Shown in pieces: positions 29,568 to 37,755 of a DNA stretch of 64,000 nt (positions are counted from its first letter, which is position 1; the number at the start of each line of letters is the position of its first letter). This stretch comes from an uncultured Eubacteriales bacterium (GTDB lineage Bacteria > Bacillota > Clostridia > Oscillospirales > UBA644). The stretch spans positions 1,784-65,783 of the forward strand of contig CAUHAO010000008.1 of NCBI GenBank assembly GCA_959604355.1, given 5' to 3'. A program made the position numbers and the translations under genes. The notes under the pieces are model-generated. The model made no database searches. It had not been told where the DNA came from and saw nothing but the letters and a program-made list of their open reading frames with translations.

Positions 29568-30938
29568 TCACAGCGCTTTTCTCACCGCCGCTATCTGCGC
29601 GTCGACGGAAGCCTTTGCCGTTCCGCCCTGCGACGTACGCTTTTGCATGCATGCGGTGATGTCTATCTCTTTATATAAATCTTCATCAAAAAGCTCGCAT
29701 ATTGCTTTGTATTCGCTCATCGCAAGCTCTTCCGCCACGACGCCGAGCGACGTGCATTTCGCAACGACCTGCCCCGCGACCTTGTACGCCGCACGGAAGG
29801 GCATGCCTTTGCCGACGAGCCAGTCCGCTATGTCGGTCGCGTTGATGAAGCCTTCCTGCGCCGCGCGTTTCATCGTGTCCGCGTGTACCGTCATCTGCGC
29901 CACCATCGGAGTCATCACATCCACGCACATTTTCAGCGTGTCTGCCGCATCAAAGACATTCTCCTTGTCTTCCTGCATATCCTTATTGTACGCCAGCGGG
30001 AGGCCCTTGAGAACCGTCAGCATCGCCACGAGGTCCCCGTAAACGCGCCCCGTCTTGCCGCGCACAAGCTCCGCCATGTCGGGATTTTTCTTCTGCGGCA
30101 TTATCGACGAACCGGTCGTGTACGCTTCGGGCAGAGTGACGAAGCCGAATTCCTTCGTCGACCACAGTATCATCTCTTCCGCGAAACGCGACAGATGCAT
30201 CATCGTCATGGCGCAGCACGAAATGAATTCCACGCAGAAGTCTCTGTCGGAAACGCTGTCAATGCTGTTTGCGGTAACGCCGTCAAAACCGAGCGCCGCC
30301 GCCTCAAACTCTCTGTCGGTAGGGTAAGTCGTGCCCGCCAGCGCGCACGCGCCGATGGGGGATATGTTGATTCTTTTGCGGCAGTCGGAAAATCTGTCGA
30401 TGTCGCGCAGAAGCATCATCGCGTAAGCCATTATCTGATGCGCGAAGCTTACGGGCTGAGCGCGCTGTAAATGCGTGTAGCCGGGCATGACGGAGTCCGT
30501 GTTTTCCTGCGCGCGGTCACATATCGCGCCGATGAGGGCTTTTATCGCCGAAACGAGGCTGTCCGTCACGTCACGCAGATACATTCGCGTGTCAAGCGCC
30601 ACCTGGTCGTTGCGGCTGCGCGCAGTATGAAGCTTTTTACCTACGTCACCCACGCGTTCCGTCAACACCTGCTCGACGAACATGTGTATGTCCTCGGCGG
30701 TCATGTCTATCTGCAGACGTCCGGCGTCGAGGTCTTCAAGTATGCCTTTGAGCCCCGCCGTGAGCGCGTCCGCGTCATCGGGAGTTATTATTCCCTGCTT
30801 TGCAAGCATGCGCGCGTGCGCAATGCTTCCTTTTATATCCTGGGCGTACATACGCTTGTCGACCGCGATGGACGAGTTGAAGTCGTCCGCGAGCTTCGCC
30901 GTCTGAGCGTCTGTCAGTCCCTGCCACATCTTAGCCAT
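29568..30938 (-). CDS. argH: Argininosuccinate lyase
   Basis: ..[12 protein letters not shown].., ..[10 protein letters not shown].. and ..[12 protein letters not shown].. signatures. Confidence 0.95.
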   Translation of the reverse strand: MAKMWQGLTDAQTAKLADDFNSSIAVDKRMYAQDIKGSIAHARMLAKQGIITPDDADALTAGLKGILEDLDAGRLQIDMTAEDIHMFVEQVLTERVGDVGKKLHTARSRNDQVALDTRMYLRDVTDSLVSAIKALIGAICDRAQENTDSVMPGYTHLQRAQPVSFAHQIMAYAMMLLRDIDRFSDCRKRINISPIGACALAGTTYPTDREFEAAALGFDGVTANSIDSVSDRDFCVEFISCCAMTMMHLSRFAEEMILWSTKEFGFVTLPEAYTTGSSIMPQKKNPDMAELVRGKTGRVYGDLVAMLTVLKGLPLAYNKDMQEDKENVFDAADTLKMCVDVMTPMVAQMTVHADTMKRAAQEGFINATDIADWLVGKGMPFRAAYKVAGQVVAKCTSLGVVAEELAMSEYKAICELFDEDLYKEIDITACMQKRTSQGGTAKASVDAQIAAVRKAL

Positions 30939-32163
30939 TTTTCTTCTCCGTCTTTGCGTCTGCCAACGCCTGTACCTTTATCGGCAGACCGAAGAGGTTG
31001 ATGAATCCAGCGGAATCCTTTTGGTCGTAGTCGCTCTCGCCGAATGTCGCGATATCCTCGCTGTAAAGAGAATACGGGCTGGTAACGCCGGCGTTGATGA
31101 TGTTGCCCTTGTAGAGCTTGAGTTTTACGGAACCTGTGACGCGCTCCTGAGTCTTGTCGACGAACGCGGAGAGCGCTTCGCGCAGGGGGGTGAACCATTG
31201 ACCGTTATATACGAGTTCGCCGAAGGTTATCGAAAGCTTCGCCTTCTCGTGAGCGGTGAGCTTGTCAAGGCATATCGTTTCAAGAACGTTGTGCGCGTGA
31301 TAAAGTATCGCTCCGCCGGGAGTTTCGTAAACGCCGCGGCTCTTCATGCCGACAAGACGGTTTTCGACGATGTCGAGCAGTCCGATACCGTTTTTGCCTC
31401 CGAGCTCGTTGAGCTTGAGGATTATATTCTTCGCGCTCATTTTTTCGCCGTCGAGCGCAACGGGACAGCCCTTTTCAAAGTCGAGCGTCACATAAGTCGG
31501 AACGTCGGGCGCGTTGATGGGGGATACGCCCATTTCCAAAAAGCCTTCCTTCTCGTACTGCGGCTCGTTTGCCGGGTCTTCGAGGTCGAGACCTTCGTGC
31601 GACAGATGCCAGAGGTTCTTATCTTTGGAGTAGTTCGTTTCGCGGTTTATCTTGAGCGGTATGTTGTGCGCTTCGGCGTAGTCGATTTCTTCATCACGGG
31701 ATTTTATCGACCACTCACGCCACGGAGCGATTATCTTCATGTCGGGAGCAAAATGCTTTATCGCAAGCTCGAAACGCACCTGGTCGTTGCCTTTGCCGGT
31801 GCAGCCGTGAACGATTGCGTCGGCTTTTTCCTTGATGGCAATTTCAACAAGCGCTTTCGCAATGCAGGGGCGCGCATGGCTCGTGCCGAGCAGATATTCT
31901 TCGTACTTCGCGCCCGCCTTCATCGTCGGAATGATGTAATTGTCAACATAGTCGTCGGTAAGATCGAGCACGTACAGCTTCGACGCGCCCGTCTTGAGTG
32001 CCTTTTGCTCAAGTCCTTCAAGCTCGTCCGCCTGACCGACGTTGCCCGAAACGGCGACTACTTCGCAGTTGTTGTAATTTTCCTTGAGCCACGGGATGAT
32101 TATCGACGTGTCAAGTCCGCCGGAATACGCCAGAACTACCTTTTTTATGTCTTTCTTATCCAT
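30931..32163 (-). CDS. argG: Argininosuccinate synthase
   Basis: ..[12 protein letters not shown].. and ..[14 protein letters not shown]... It overlaps the argH start by 8 nt. Confidence 0.95.
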   Translation of the reverse strand: MDKKDIKKVVLAYSGGLDTSIIIPWLKENYNNCEVVAVSGNVGQADELEGLEQKALKTGASKLYVLDLTDDYVDNYIIPTMKAGAKYEEYLLGTSHARPCIAKALVEIAIKEKADAIVHGCTGKGNDQVRFELAIKHFAPDMKIIAPWREWSIKSRDEEIDYAEAHNIPLKINRETNYSKDKNLWHLSHEGLDLEDPANEPQYEKEGFLEMGVSPINAPDVPTYVTLDFEKGCPVALDGEKMSAKNIILKLNELGGKNGIGLLDIVENRLVGMKSRGVYETPGGAILYHAHNVLETICLDKLTAHEKAKLSITFGELVYNGQWFTPLREALSAFVDKTQERVTGSVKLKLYKGNIINAGVTSPYSLYSEDIATFGESDYDQKDSAGFINLFGLPIKVQALADAKTEKKNG

Positions 32164-32204
32164 TTTAATGTACCTCTCCGAATGATTTTTTTCATGTTGC
32201 GGCT

Positions 32205-32233
32205 ATTATACTCTTTTTAGCACGGTTTGTCAA
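32205..32233 (-). promoter_or_regulatory. Perfect sigma-A consensus promoter for argGHF
   Basis: tgtcaa at 32228-32233 and attata at 32205-32210 on the + strand, with a 17-nt spacer. Confidence 0.6.
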
Positions 32234-32239
32234 TAGAAA

Positions 32240-32312
32240 ACATGAATATTTATCCTATTATTCCGAATATCTTCACAATTAAATGAATATTATCGAAAAA
32301 ATATGAATATAT
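32240..32312. promoter_or_regulatory. Cluster of TGAATAT half-sites (candidate ArgR/AhrC operators)
   Basis: catgaatat, ccgaatat, aatgaatat and tatgaatat lie within about 70 bp just upstream of the -35 box. Only the left halves of ARG boxes are evident. Confidence 0.35.
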
Positions 32313-32499
32313 CCACTTATAATTGCATAAAAACTCCTCATTCGTCGTTCGGGAGGAGAAATTCTGTATTTATATACCGGGCTTATCCTGTTTCCCTTTT
32401 TATAAAAAAGAATTTTCTTATATAAAGTTCACGTTTTTGACGCATGTAGAATCATCTTGGGAAGTATAATACCCGTAACAGCGAAAAGGGGTGATGAAA

Positions 32500-33102
32500 A
32501 TGGCGCAGGATCCGTATTCCGTCCTCGGCGTGCCGTCCACGGCGACCGATGACGAGGTCAAACGCGCCTATAAAGCGCTTGCGAAAAAATACCACCCCGA
32601 CCTAAACCCCAACGATCCCACCGCGGAAGCGAAAATGAAGCAGATAAATGCCGCCTACGACGAAATAACCGCTATCCGCAGCGGCAAAAAGACATACACC
32701 CAACAGCGTCAGAACCCCTACGGCGGCTACACGGACTACGGACATGGCTACGGCAATTACACGGGCTACGGACACGGCTACGGCAATTACACGGGCTACG
32801 GACAGGATAACGGCAGCGGCGGCTATACGGATTACGGCAGAAAGCGCCGCACGAATCCATATGCAGACGACCCCGCGACGGATGATCCCGCAAATGATAC
32901 GCCGCGCTACACACGCGTAACGTTGACTCCGTTCGGCTTGCTTCGCGTGATAGGCAAAATCATTCTCGTGCAGCTGATTCTCTCGTTCCTGCTGCGCGCA
33001 TGCTCCGTGTTGGCTGCCGCGCCTTTCCGCTATACGGACGCAGGCACGGGCGCAAAAACCGAGCAGACTGAAATTTATGACGAAAAAGAGGTTTATTCAT
33101 AA
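32500..33102 (+). CDS. J-domain (DnaJ-like) protein with a Gly/Tyr repeat linker and a C-terminal TM segment
   Basis: ..DPYSVLGV...A.DDEVKRAYKALAKKYHPDLNPND..AE.KMKQINAAYDEI with the HPD tripeptide. GYGHGYGNYT repeats and a hydrophobic ..VIGKIILVQLILSFLL follow. The ATG at 32500 is preferred on SD spacing. Confidence 0.85.
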   Translation: MAQDPYSVLGVPSTATDDEVKRAYKALAKKYHPDLNPNDPTAEAKMKQINAAYDEITAIRSGKKTYTQQRQNPYGGYTDYGHGYGNYTGYGHGYGNYTGYGQDNGSGGYTDYGRKRRTNPYADDPATDDPANDTPRYTRVTLTPFGLLRVIGKIILVQLILSFLLRACSVLAAAPFRYTDAGTGAKTEQTEIYDEKEVYS

Positions 33103-33527
33103 TGTCAGGCAACGGTAAAAAATGGACGGAACGCGCCAAAGACTCCGTCATACGCTTCATGTACGGCAGATACGGCGCTGACGAACTGTATAAAGCGCTC
33201 ATCATTCTCACCTTCGTGCTCATCGTCGCAAATCTTTTCGCGCGCACGTTTATTCTCTCCCTGCTCGAAGTTGCGGTATTCGTCTACGCGCTTTTCCGCT
33301 TCTTCTCTCGCAACCTTGAGGCACGCCGCAAAGAAAACGCATGGTATACCGCACGTCTCGCGTCCGTCAAAAAGAGCTTCCGCATCGCAAAAGCCGCGTG
33401 GCGCGACCGCAAAACAAAGGTCTACCGCGCCTGCCCGTCATGTAAAGAGGTGCTTCAGATCCCCAAAACGATGCGCGGCAGGGAAGTGCGATGCCCTAAA
33501 TGCGGCTTCGTATTCCGCTTGAAGTGA
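33102..33527 (+). CDS. Membrane protein with a C-terminal zinc ribbon
   Basis: Two TM segments, then ..CPSCKEVLQIP...RCPKCG... Its ATG overlaps the upstream TAA (TAATG). Confidence 0.8.
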   Translation: MSGNGKKWTERAKDSVIRFMYGRYGADELYKALIILTFVLIVANLFARTFILSLLEVAVFVYALFRFFSRNLEARRKENAWYTARLASVKKSFRIAKAAWRDRKTKVYRACPSCKEVLQIPKTMRGREVRCPKCGFVFRLK

Positions 33528-33557
33528 TATTTTCTCATTACTCCCTTAAAATACAGA

Positions 33558-33594
33558 AAAGCGTCGGAGCATTTATGCTCCGGCGCTTTGTGTT
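33558..33594. terminator. Bidirectional terminator hairpin
   Basis: gcgtcggagca / tgctccggcgc stem with tttgtgttt downstream on the + strand. It lies between convergent genes. Confidence 0.65.
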
Positions 33595-34439
33595 TATGTC
33601 TGTGAATTGCATGACGTGCAGGGTGACACGTCGCACGCGGTCGCTGCGGGCGGGAAAAATTCGTCCTGCGGGAACTCCATGCGATAGAACAGCGAGCACG
33701 GGTCGTTCTCGTCGGGACCGCAGCATTCCTTTTCGGGGATGCAGAAGTCGAAGGACGGCACGATTATCTGCACATCGCGCATGAGTCTCACGATAGAGAA
33801 CACGCCTATCGTCGCGAAAAGACGGTTGCCGTCTTCGGGGTCAACAAGGTCGCCGCTGAACGCCGCCTTGACTGCGGCGGGTATGGATGTTATGTCGCAG
33901 CAGCCGCATCCGCAGTTGCATTTCGGCTCTACGATCTTCGCGTCAAGAATGAGCGGAGTTACTACCTCGACTGTCGCTTTCGGCAGATTCGTGCGTCTGC
34001 CCAGCGCTATGTCGTCCGCACTCGGCACATACAGCGATGAGAATATGCTTGCGCCGCCTTCCGAGCCGAAAAGAATGACCTTTTTGTCCGCCGTCGCAAG
34101 TCCCGCAACTCTGGTGGGACGGCCTATTCCGGTGTAAACGTCGAACTGGGTAAGGAAAAAGTAGCGTATGTCAACGGTGTAGAAACCGCGGTTGAAGGGC
34201 AGTGCCTCCACGTCGATATACGACCATATTATCTCCGCGCTGATGGGTTTGACGCTTACGGCGTTATTGATTACCTGCTGGGAATGCGCGTCAACGTATA
34301 TGCGCAGATCCGTCATGCAGTCTCTGTCGCGGCAGCTGTCGTATACGCGGCTCACGTCCACACAGACGCGGTCCTCGCAGTGATGCTGTTCGCAGTTACA
34401 GCAGTTACAGCTGTTACAGTTATTATTGTTATTTGCCAT
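33594..34439 (-). CDS. Cysteine-rich protein of unknown function (possible spore coat or exosporium-type)
   Basis: The start is moved to MANNNNNCNSCNCCNCEQHHC (track-based coordinate) with AGGAGG upstream. Cys clusters lie at the N-terminus, in the middle (KCNCGCGCC) and at the C-terminus (CCGPDENDPC, CDVSPCTSC). ..CVDVSRVYDSCRDRDC.. recalls the CotY/CotZ N-terminal pattern. Confidence 0.7.
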   Translation of the reverse strand: MANNNNNCNSCNCCNCEQHHCEDRVCVDVSRVYDSCRDRDCMTDLRIYVDAHSQQVINNAVSVKPISAEIIWSYIDVEALPFNRGFYTVDIRYFFLTQFDVYTGIGRPTRVAGLATADKKVILFGSEGGASIFSSLYVPSADDIALGRRTNLPKATVEVVTPLILDAKIVEPKCNCGCGCCDITSIPAAVKAAFSGDLVDPEDGNRLFATIGVFSIVRLMRDVQIIVPSFDFCIPEKECCGPDENDPCSLFYRMEFPQDEFFPPAATACDVSPCTSCNSQT

Positions 34440-34522
34440 AGAAAATTTTCCTCCTGAGATGTCACAATAAAAGGACTTTGTGTCCGTTACCATATTATGA
34501 CGGATCAGGAGGAAAGGTTCTT

Positions 34523-34735
34523 TCAGGGCATGTTCTTTTCCAGCTCGTCGATATCGTCGAGGCTGTCAAAATCGTTGCGGCGGATATGTGTCAGCTCGTG
34601 ACACAGGGTAAGCTTCTGCTGGGACTGCGCCATGTTCTGATTGATGAAAATATTGTAGTCTCCGTTATCGTCCACGACGGTGACTCCTTTGACTGTCGCC
34701 GGGAACCCGGCAAGTCTCACAAAAATATCGTTCAA
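34523..34735 (-). CDS. Mini ImmA/IrrE-type metallopeptidase-like protein (HExxH)
   Basis: 70 aa, ..G....D.NGDYNIFIN.......Q..TLCHELTHI... It lies immediately downstream of an XRE regulator. Confidence 0.7.
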   Translation of the reverse strand: MNDIFVRLAGFPATVKGVTVVDDNGDYNIFINQNMAQSQQKLTLCHELTHIRRNDFDSLDDIDELEKNMP

Positions 34736-34755
34736 CCGTACCTTTCCTTTCTTTA

Positions 34756-35145
34756 TTATTTTGACGTCTTTATTGCTTCTATAATCGCTACCGCTCTTTC
34801 TATATCTTCGCGACTTGCGTTCTTCGTTATAGAGAAAAGCATCTTCATTTCGGGTCTGTCCTTGAGCATACGGCGTATGTCGCGCACGTCTTCGTCGAAA
34901 AGCGGCGACGCGTCGTCATGTATTACTTGCGTTACATCGTTTATGTCGAGCTTGTCGTTGAGAAGCACCTCAAGTGATATCGAGAAACAGTCGGATATCT
35001 TCTTGAGCATCGAGATGTCGGGCTCGCGGTTCGCGGTTTCCCACATTGCCACCGTGCTCAGCGCGACGCCGAGTTTTTCCGAAAGCTCTTTCTGTGTCAA
35101 TCCGTCCCTTTTTCTTAACGCCTTGAGTTTTATATTAAATGTCAT
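34756..35145 (-). CDS. XRE-family helix-turn-helix transcriptional regulator
   Basis: ..LKALRKRDGLTQKELSEKLGVALSTVAMWE...REPD...L..I...F. Confidence 0.9.
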   Translation of the reverse strand: MTFNIKLKALRKRDGLTQKELSEKLGVALSTVAMWETANREPDISMLKKISDCFSISLEVLLNDKLDINDVTQVIHDDASPLFDEDVRDIRRMLKDRPEMKMLFSITKNASREDIERAVAIIEAIKTSK

Positions 35146-35176
35146 TTTATATCGACCTCACATAAATTCTGAATAT

Positions 35177-35205
35177 ATTGTATATCACAAATCGTGATTT
35201 GTCAA
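35177..35205 (-). promoter_or_regulatory. Promoter TTGACA-17-TACAAT with an inverted repeat in the spacer (candidate XRE operator)
   Basis: tgtcaa at 35200-35205 and attgta at 35177-35182 on the + strand. The perfect inverted repeat acaaatc-gt-gatttgt (35187-35202) lies between them. Confidence 0.5.
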
Positions 35206-35299
35206 GTGCAAACCCTCAAATTTCCGTATTTTGTCACTTTTTAATCTGAATTTTTCGCGTTTTTGAGCATAAGATAGAAACAAAAAGTCGGAGGCAATC

Positions 35300-35779
35300 A
35301 TGAAAAAGACGGCAAAAACCGTATGGACTTACATCCTTTTCATTCTCATACCTCTCGCGGTCGGAGGCCTTGCGTCTTTGCTCACGATGGACTCAATGAG
35401 GAATTTCGAAAACATCGCAAAGCCCGAGATAACACCTCCCGCGATACTTTTCCCGATAGTATGGACGGTGCTTTATATCCTTATGGGCATCGGCGCGGGA
35501 CTTGTCGCGACTGCGAAAGCCAAACATTCGAATAAACGTACCTCGCTCGCAGTCTGGGCGTTCCAGCTTGCATTGAATTTTTTGTGGACGCTCGTGTTTT
35601 TCGGCGCGCGGCAGTATCTGACGGCATTCATCCTGCTCATTCTGCTGTGGCTCGTGATATTGATAATGATACTCTCGTTTGCGTCGATACGTCCGTGGGC
35701 GGGGTATCTGCAGATACCGTACCTGCTGTGGGTCACGTTCGCGGGATACCTGAATTATATGATATGGCAGCTCAATTGA
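35300..35779 (+). CDS. tspO: TspO/MBR family tryptophan-rich sensory protein
   Basis: 159 aa, 5 TM segments, ..PP..FP.VWT.LY.LMG......W..QL.LNFLW...FF.., Trp-rich. Confidence 0.9.
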   Translation: MKKTAKTVWTYILFILIPLAVGGLASLLTMDSMRNFENIAKPEITPPAILFPIVWTVLYILMGIGAGLVATAKAKHSNKRTSLAVWAFQLALNFLWTLVFFGARQYLTAFILLILLWLVILIMILSFASIRPWAGYLQIPYLLWVTFAGYLNYMIWQLN

Positions 35780-35815
35780 AAAATCAAAAAAAAATGTAAA
35801 TCACGCCCGGAGCTA

Positions 35816-35844
35816 TTGCAACGGGTGTGATTTTATGATATACT
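35816..35844 (+). promoter_or_regulatory. Promoter TTGCAA-17-TATACT with a TGn extension
   Basis: ttgcaa at 35816-35821 and tga-tatact at 35836-35844. Confidence 0.45.
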
Positions 35845-35897
35845 CTACGGGTAAACGCGCGGTTTTTGTCGAAAACCGACGAAAGGAGGAACCAAAA

Positions 35898-36530
35898 ATG
35901 AAGAACTACCGTTATGTGCTGTGGGACTTCAACGGCACTCTGCTCGACGACGTTTCGACAGGCATTGCCGCAGTCAATACGCTCCTGCGCCGCCGCGGAA
36001 AGCCCGAGATACCGTCGCGGGACGCTTACAGACGTGTTTTCCGCTTCCCGATAATCGACTATTACAAGGACATCGGTTTCGATTTTTCGGCGGAGGATTT
36101 CGACACCGTTGCCGTGGAATGGATGCGCGAATATGAGCTCAACGACCGCCCCGTGCTCTGTCACGGCGTGAAAAACGCGCTTGAAAAATTCCGCCGCATG
36201 GGGGTCCAACAGCTGATAATCTCCGCGTCCGAGATACGGCTCCTGCGCCGTCAGCTCCGAGACCTCGGCATCGACGGCTATTTTTCAGATGTTCGTGCAA
36301 GAAATGATATCTATGCAGCGGACAAGACCTCCATTGCCGTCAACTGGGCGGCACACGCGCCTCCGGCACCGACTGTTTTCATCGGTGACACGACACATGA
36401 CGCCGAAACAGCACGCGCGATAGGCGCGGACTGCGTACTCGTCGCGAACGGTCACCAATGCCGCGAAACACTCGAAAAATGCGGTTTCCCCGTTGCGGAT
36501 ACCGCGGATGAAATATTTGATCTGCTTTAG
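35898..36530 (+). CDS. HAD-family hydrolase (phosphoglycolate-phosphatase-like)
   Basis: The start is moved to MKNYRYVLWDFNGTLLDD (DxDGT-type motif I as WDFNGT) with GGAGGA upstream. ..IISAS.. is motif II and ..FIGDT.HD.. is motif IV. Confidence 0.85.
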   Translation: MKNYRYVLWDFNGTLLDDVSTGIAAVNTLLRRRGKPEIPSRDAYRRVFRFPIIDYYKDIGFDFSAEDFDTVAVEWMREYELNDRPVLCHGVKNALEKFRRMGVQQLIISASEIRLLRRQLRDLGIDGYFSDVRARNDIYAADKTSIAVNWAAHAPPAPTVFIGDTTHDAETARAIGADCVLVANGHQCRETLEKCGFPVADTADEIFDLL

Positions 36531-36542
36531 GAGGATTTATAT

Positions 36543-37499
36543 ATGTGGTTCATTTTTACCGTAGTCTGTATGCTCGGATGGGGCATGGCAGACCTGTTTT
36601 ATAAGAAAGGCTCTGACGAAAACGACCGTTTCTCGCATCTGCGCATAGCCGTCTGGGTCGGTATCGTCATGGGCGTGTGCGCGTTCGCGCTTCTCCCGTT
36701 TGCGGAAAGCGGAATTCAGGTGCTCAATTTATCCAACATCGTCAAATACGCTCCCGCGTCACTCTGTTACATAATTTCAATGGTCATCGGCTATGCGGGC
36801 CTGCGTTATCTTGAACTTTCCATCGTCTCGCCCGTTCAGAACGCGTCGGGTGCTCTGTCTGCGGTCTGCATTCTTGTCTGGTTCATCGCTGCGGGAAAGA
36901 TAGAAAGCATCTGGGACGAATTTTCCGCGCTCGATATCATAGGCACGGTGTGCATCGTTGCGGGTGTTATCGTGCTTGCGTTTGTCGAACAGCGTCTTTC
37001 CCGTGCGGAAAGCAAGCTTCCCGAATCCGAGAGAAAATACCGCTTCGGCGCGCTCGCGCTCCTTTTCCCCTTGCTTTACTGCGTTTTTGATACCATCGGC
37101 ACCGCTGCGGACGGAATAATCCTCGACGAGGAAACGGGCCTCGGTCTCGGAGAGATAGACGTGATCGTGCTCTACGGGCTTACGTTCTTCGCCGCGGGCA
37201 TCGTCGCGTGGATATATCTGCTCCTGCGCGAGAAAAAGCCCTATAACCCGTTCGCTAAGGGGCAGCGCACAAAAGGCGTCGCCGCTCTCTGTGAGGAGTT
37301 CGGACAGGTCTTCTACGTCTACGCAATGTCGTCAAAGCCCATTCTTGCCGCACCCATGATTGCGTCCTACTGCATCGTGTCAATGCTTTTATCTCGCGTC
37401 CTGCTCAAAGAAAAACTCAAAGCGTCACAGTACGCGTGTGTCGCAGCCGTCGTCGTCGGTATAGTCATGCTCGGCATCTCGGAAGGCCTTGCGGAGTAA
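36543..37499 (+). CDS. EamA/DMT-family transporter
   Basis: 318 aa, about 10 TM segments, two EamA-like halves, AGGAGG SD. Confidence 0.8.
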   Translation: MWFIFTVVCMLGWGMADLFYKKGSDENDRFSHLRIAVWVGIVMGVCAFALLPFAESGIQVLNLSNIVKYAPASLCYIISMVIGYAGLRYLELSIVSPVQNASGALSAVCILVWFIAAGKIESIWDEFSALDIIGTVCIVAGVIVLAFVEQRLSRAESKLPESERKYRFGALALLFPLLYCVFDTIGTAADGIILDEETGLGLGEIDVIVLYGLTFFAAGIVAWIYLLLREKKPYNPFAKGQRTKGVAALCEEFGQVFYVYAMSSKPILAAPMIASYCIVSMLLSRVLLKEKLKASQYACVAAVVVGIVMLGISEGLAE

Positions 37500-37528
37500 T
37501 AAAGATATAGAATAAATCGAAACAAAAG

Positions 37529-37700
37529 AGGTGCGGCTTCGGTCGCACCTCTTGTTCTTTATAGGTTCGGCTTCAGTCGTAATTCTTGTTTTTTATAGGT
37601 GCGGCCTCGGTCGTACCTCTTGTTTTCTTTATAGGTGCGGCTTCGGTCGTACCTGTTGTTCTTTATAGGTTCGGCTTCGGTCGTAATTCTTGTTCTTTAT
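37529..37700. repeat. 34-36-bp tandem repeat x5 derived from a terminator hairpin
   Basis: The first unit aggtgcggcttcggtcgcacctcttgttctttat is a clean hairpin plus T-run. Units at 37563, 37597, 37633 and 37667 are degenerate copies. Confidence 0.9.
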
Positions 37701-37702
37701 AA

Positions 37703-37740
37703 CGAAAAACAGAGCTCCCGATTTCCGTCGGGAGCTCTGA
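37703..37740 (-). terminator. Intrinsic terminator of the 37756-38442 gene
   Basis: cagagctcccga / tcgggagctctg stem, followed by T-rich sequence on the minus strand. Confidence 0.8.
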
Positions 37741-37755
37741 AAAATAATGTTAAGC

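Noticed and set aside
31021-32220. 399-aa + strand ORF antisense to argG. Similar antisense ORFs lie at 10233-11153, 23355-24308, 24400-25440, 59204-60346 and 62965-63957.
   Set aside because: Each is the mirror of a confidently identified gene. None has an SD or a recognisable domain.
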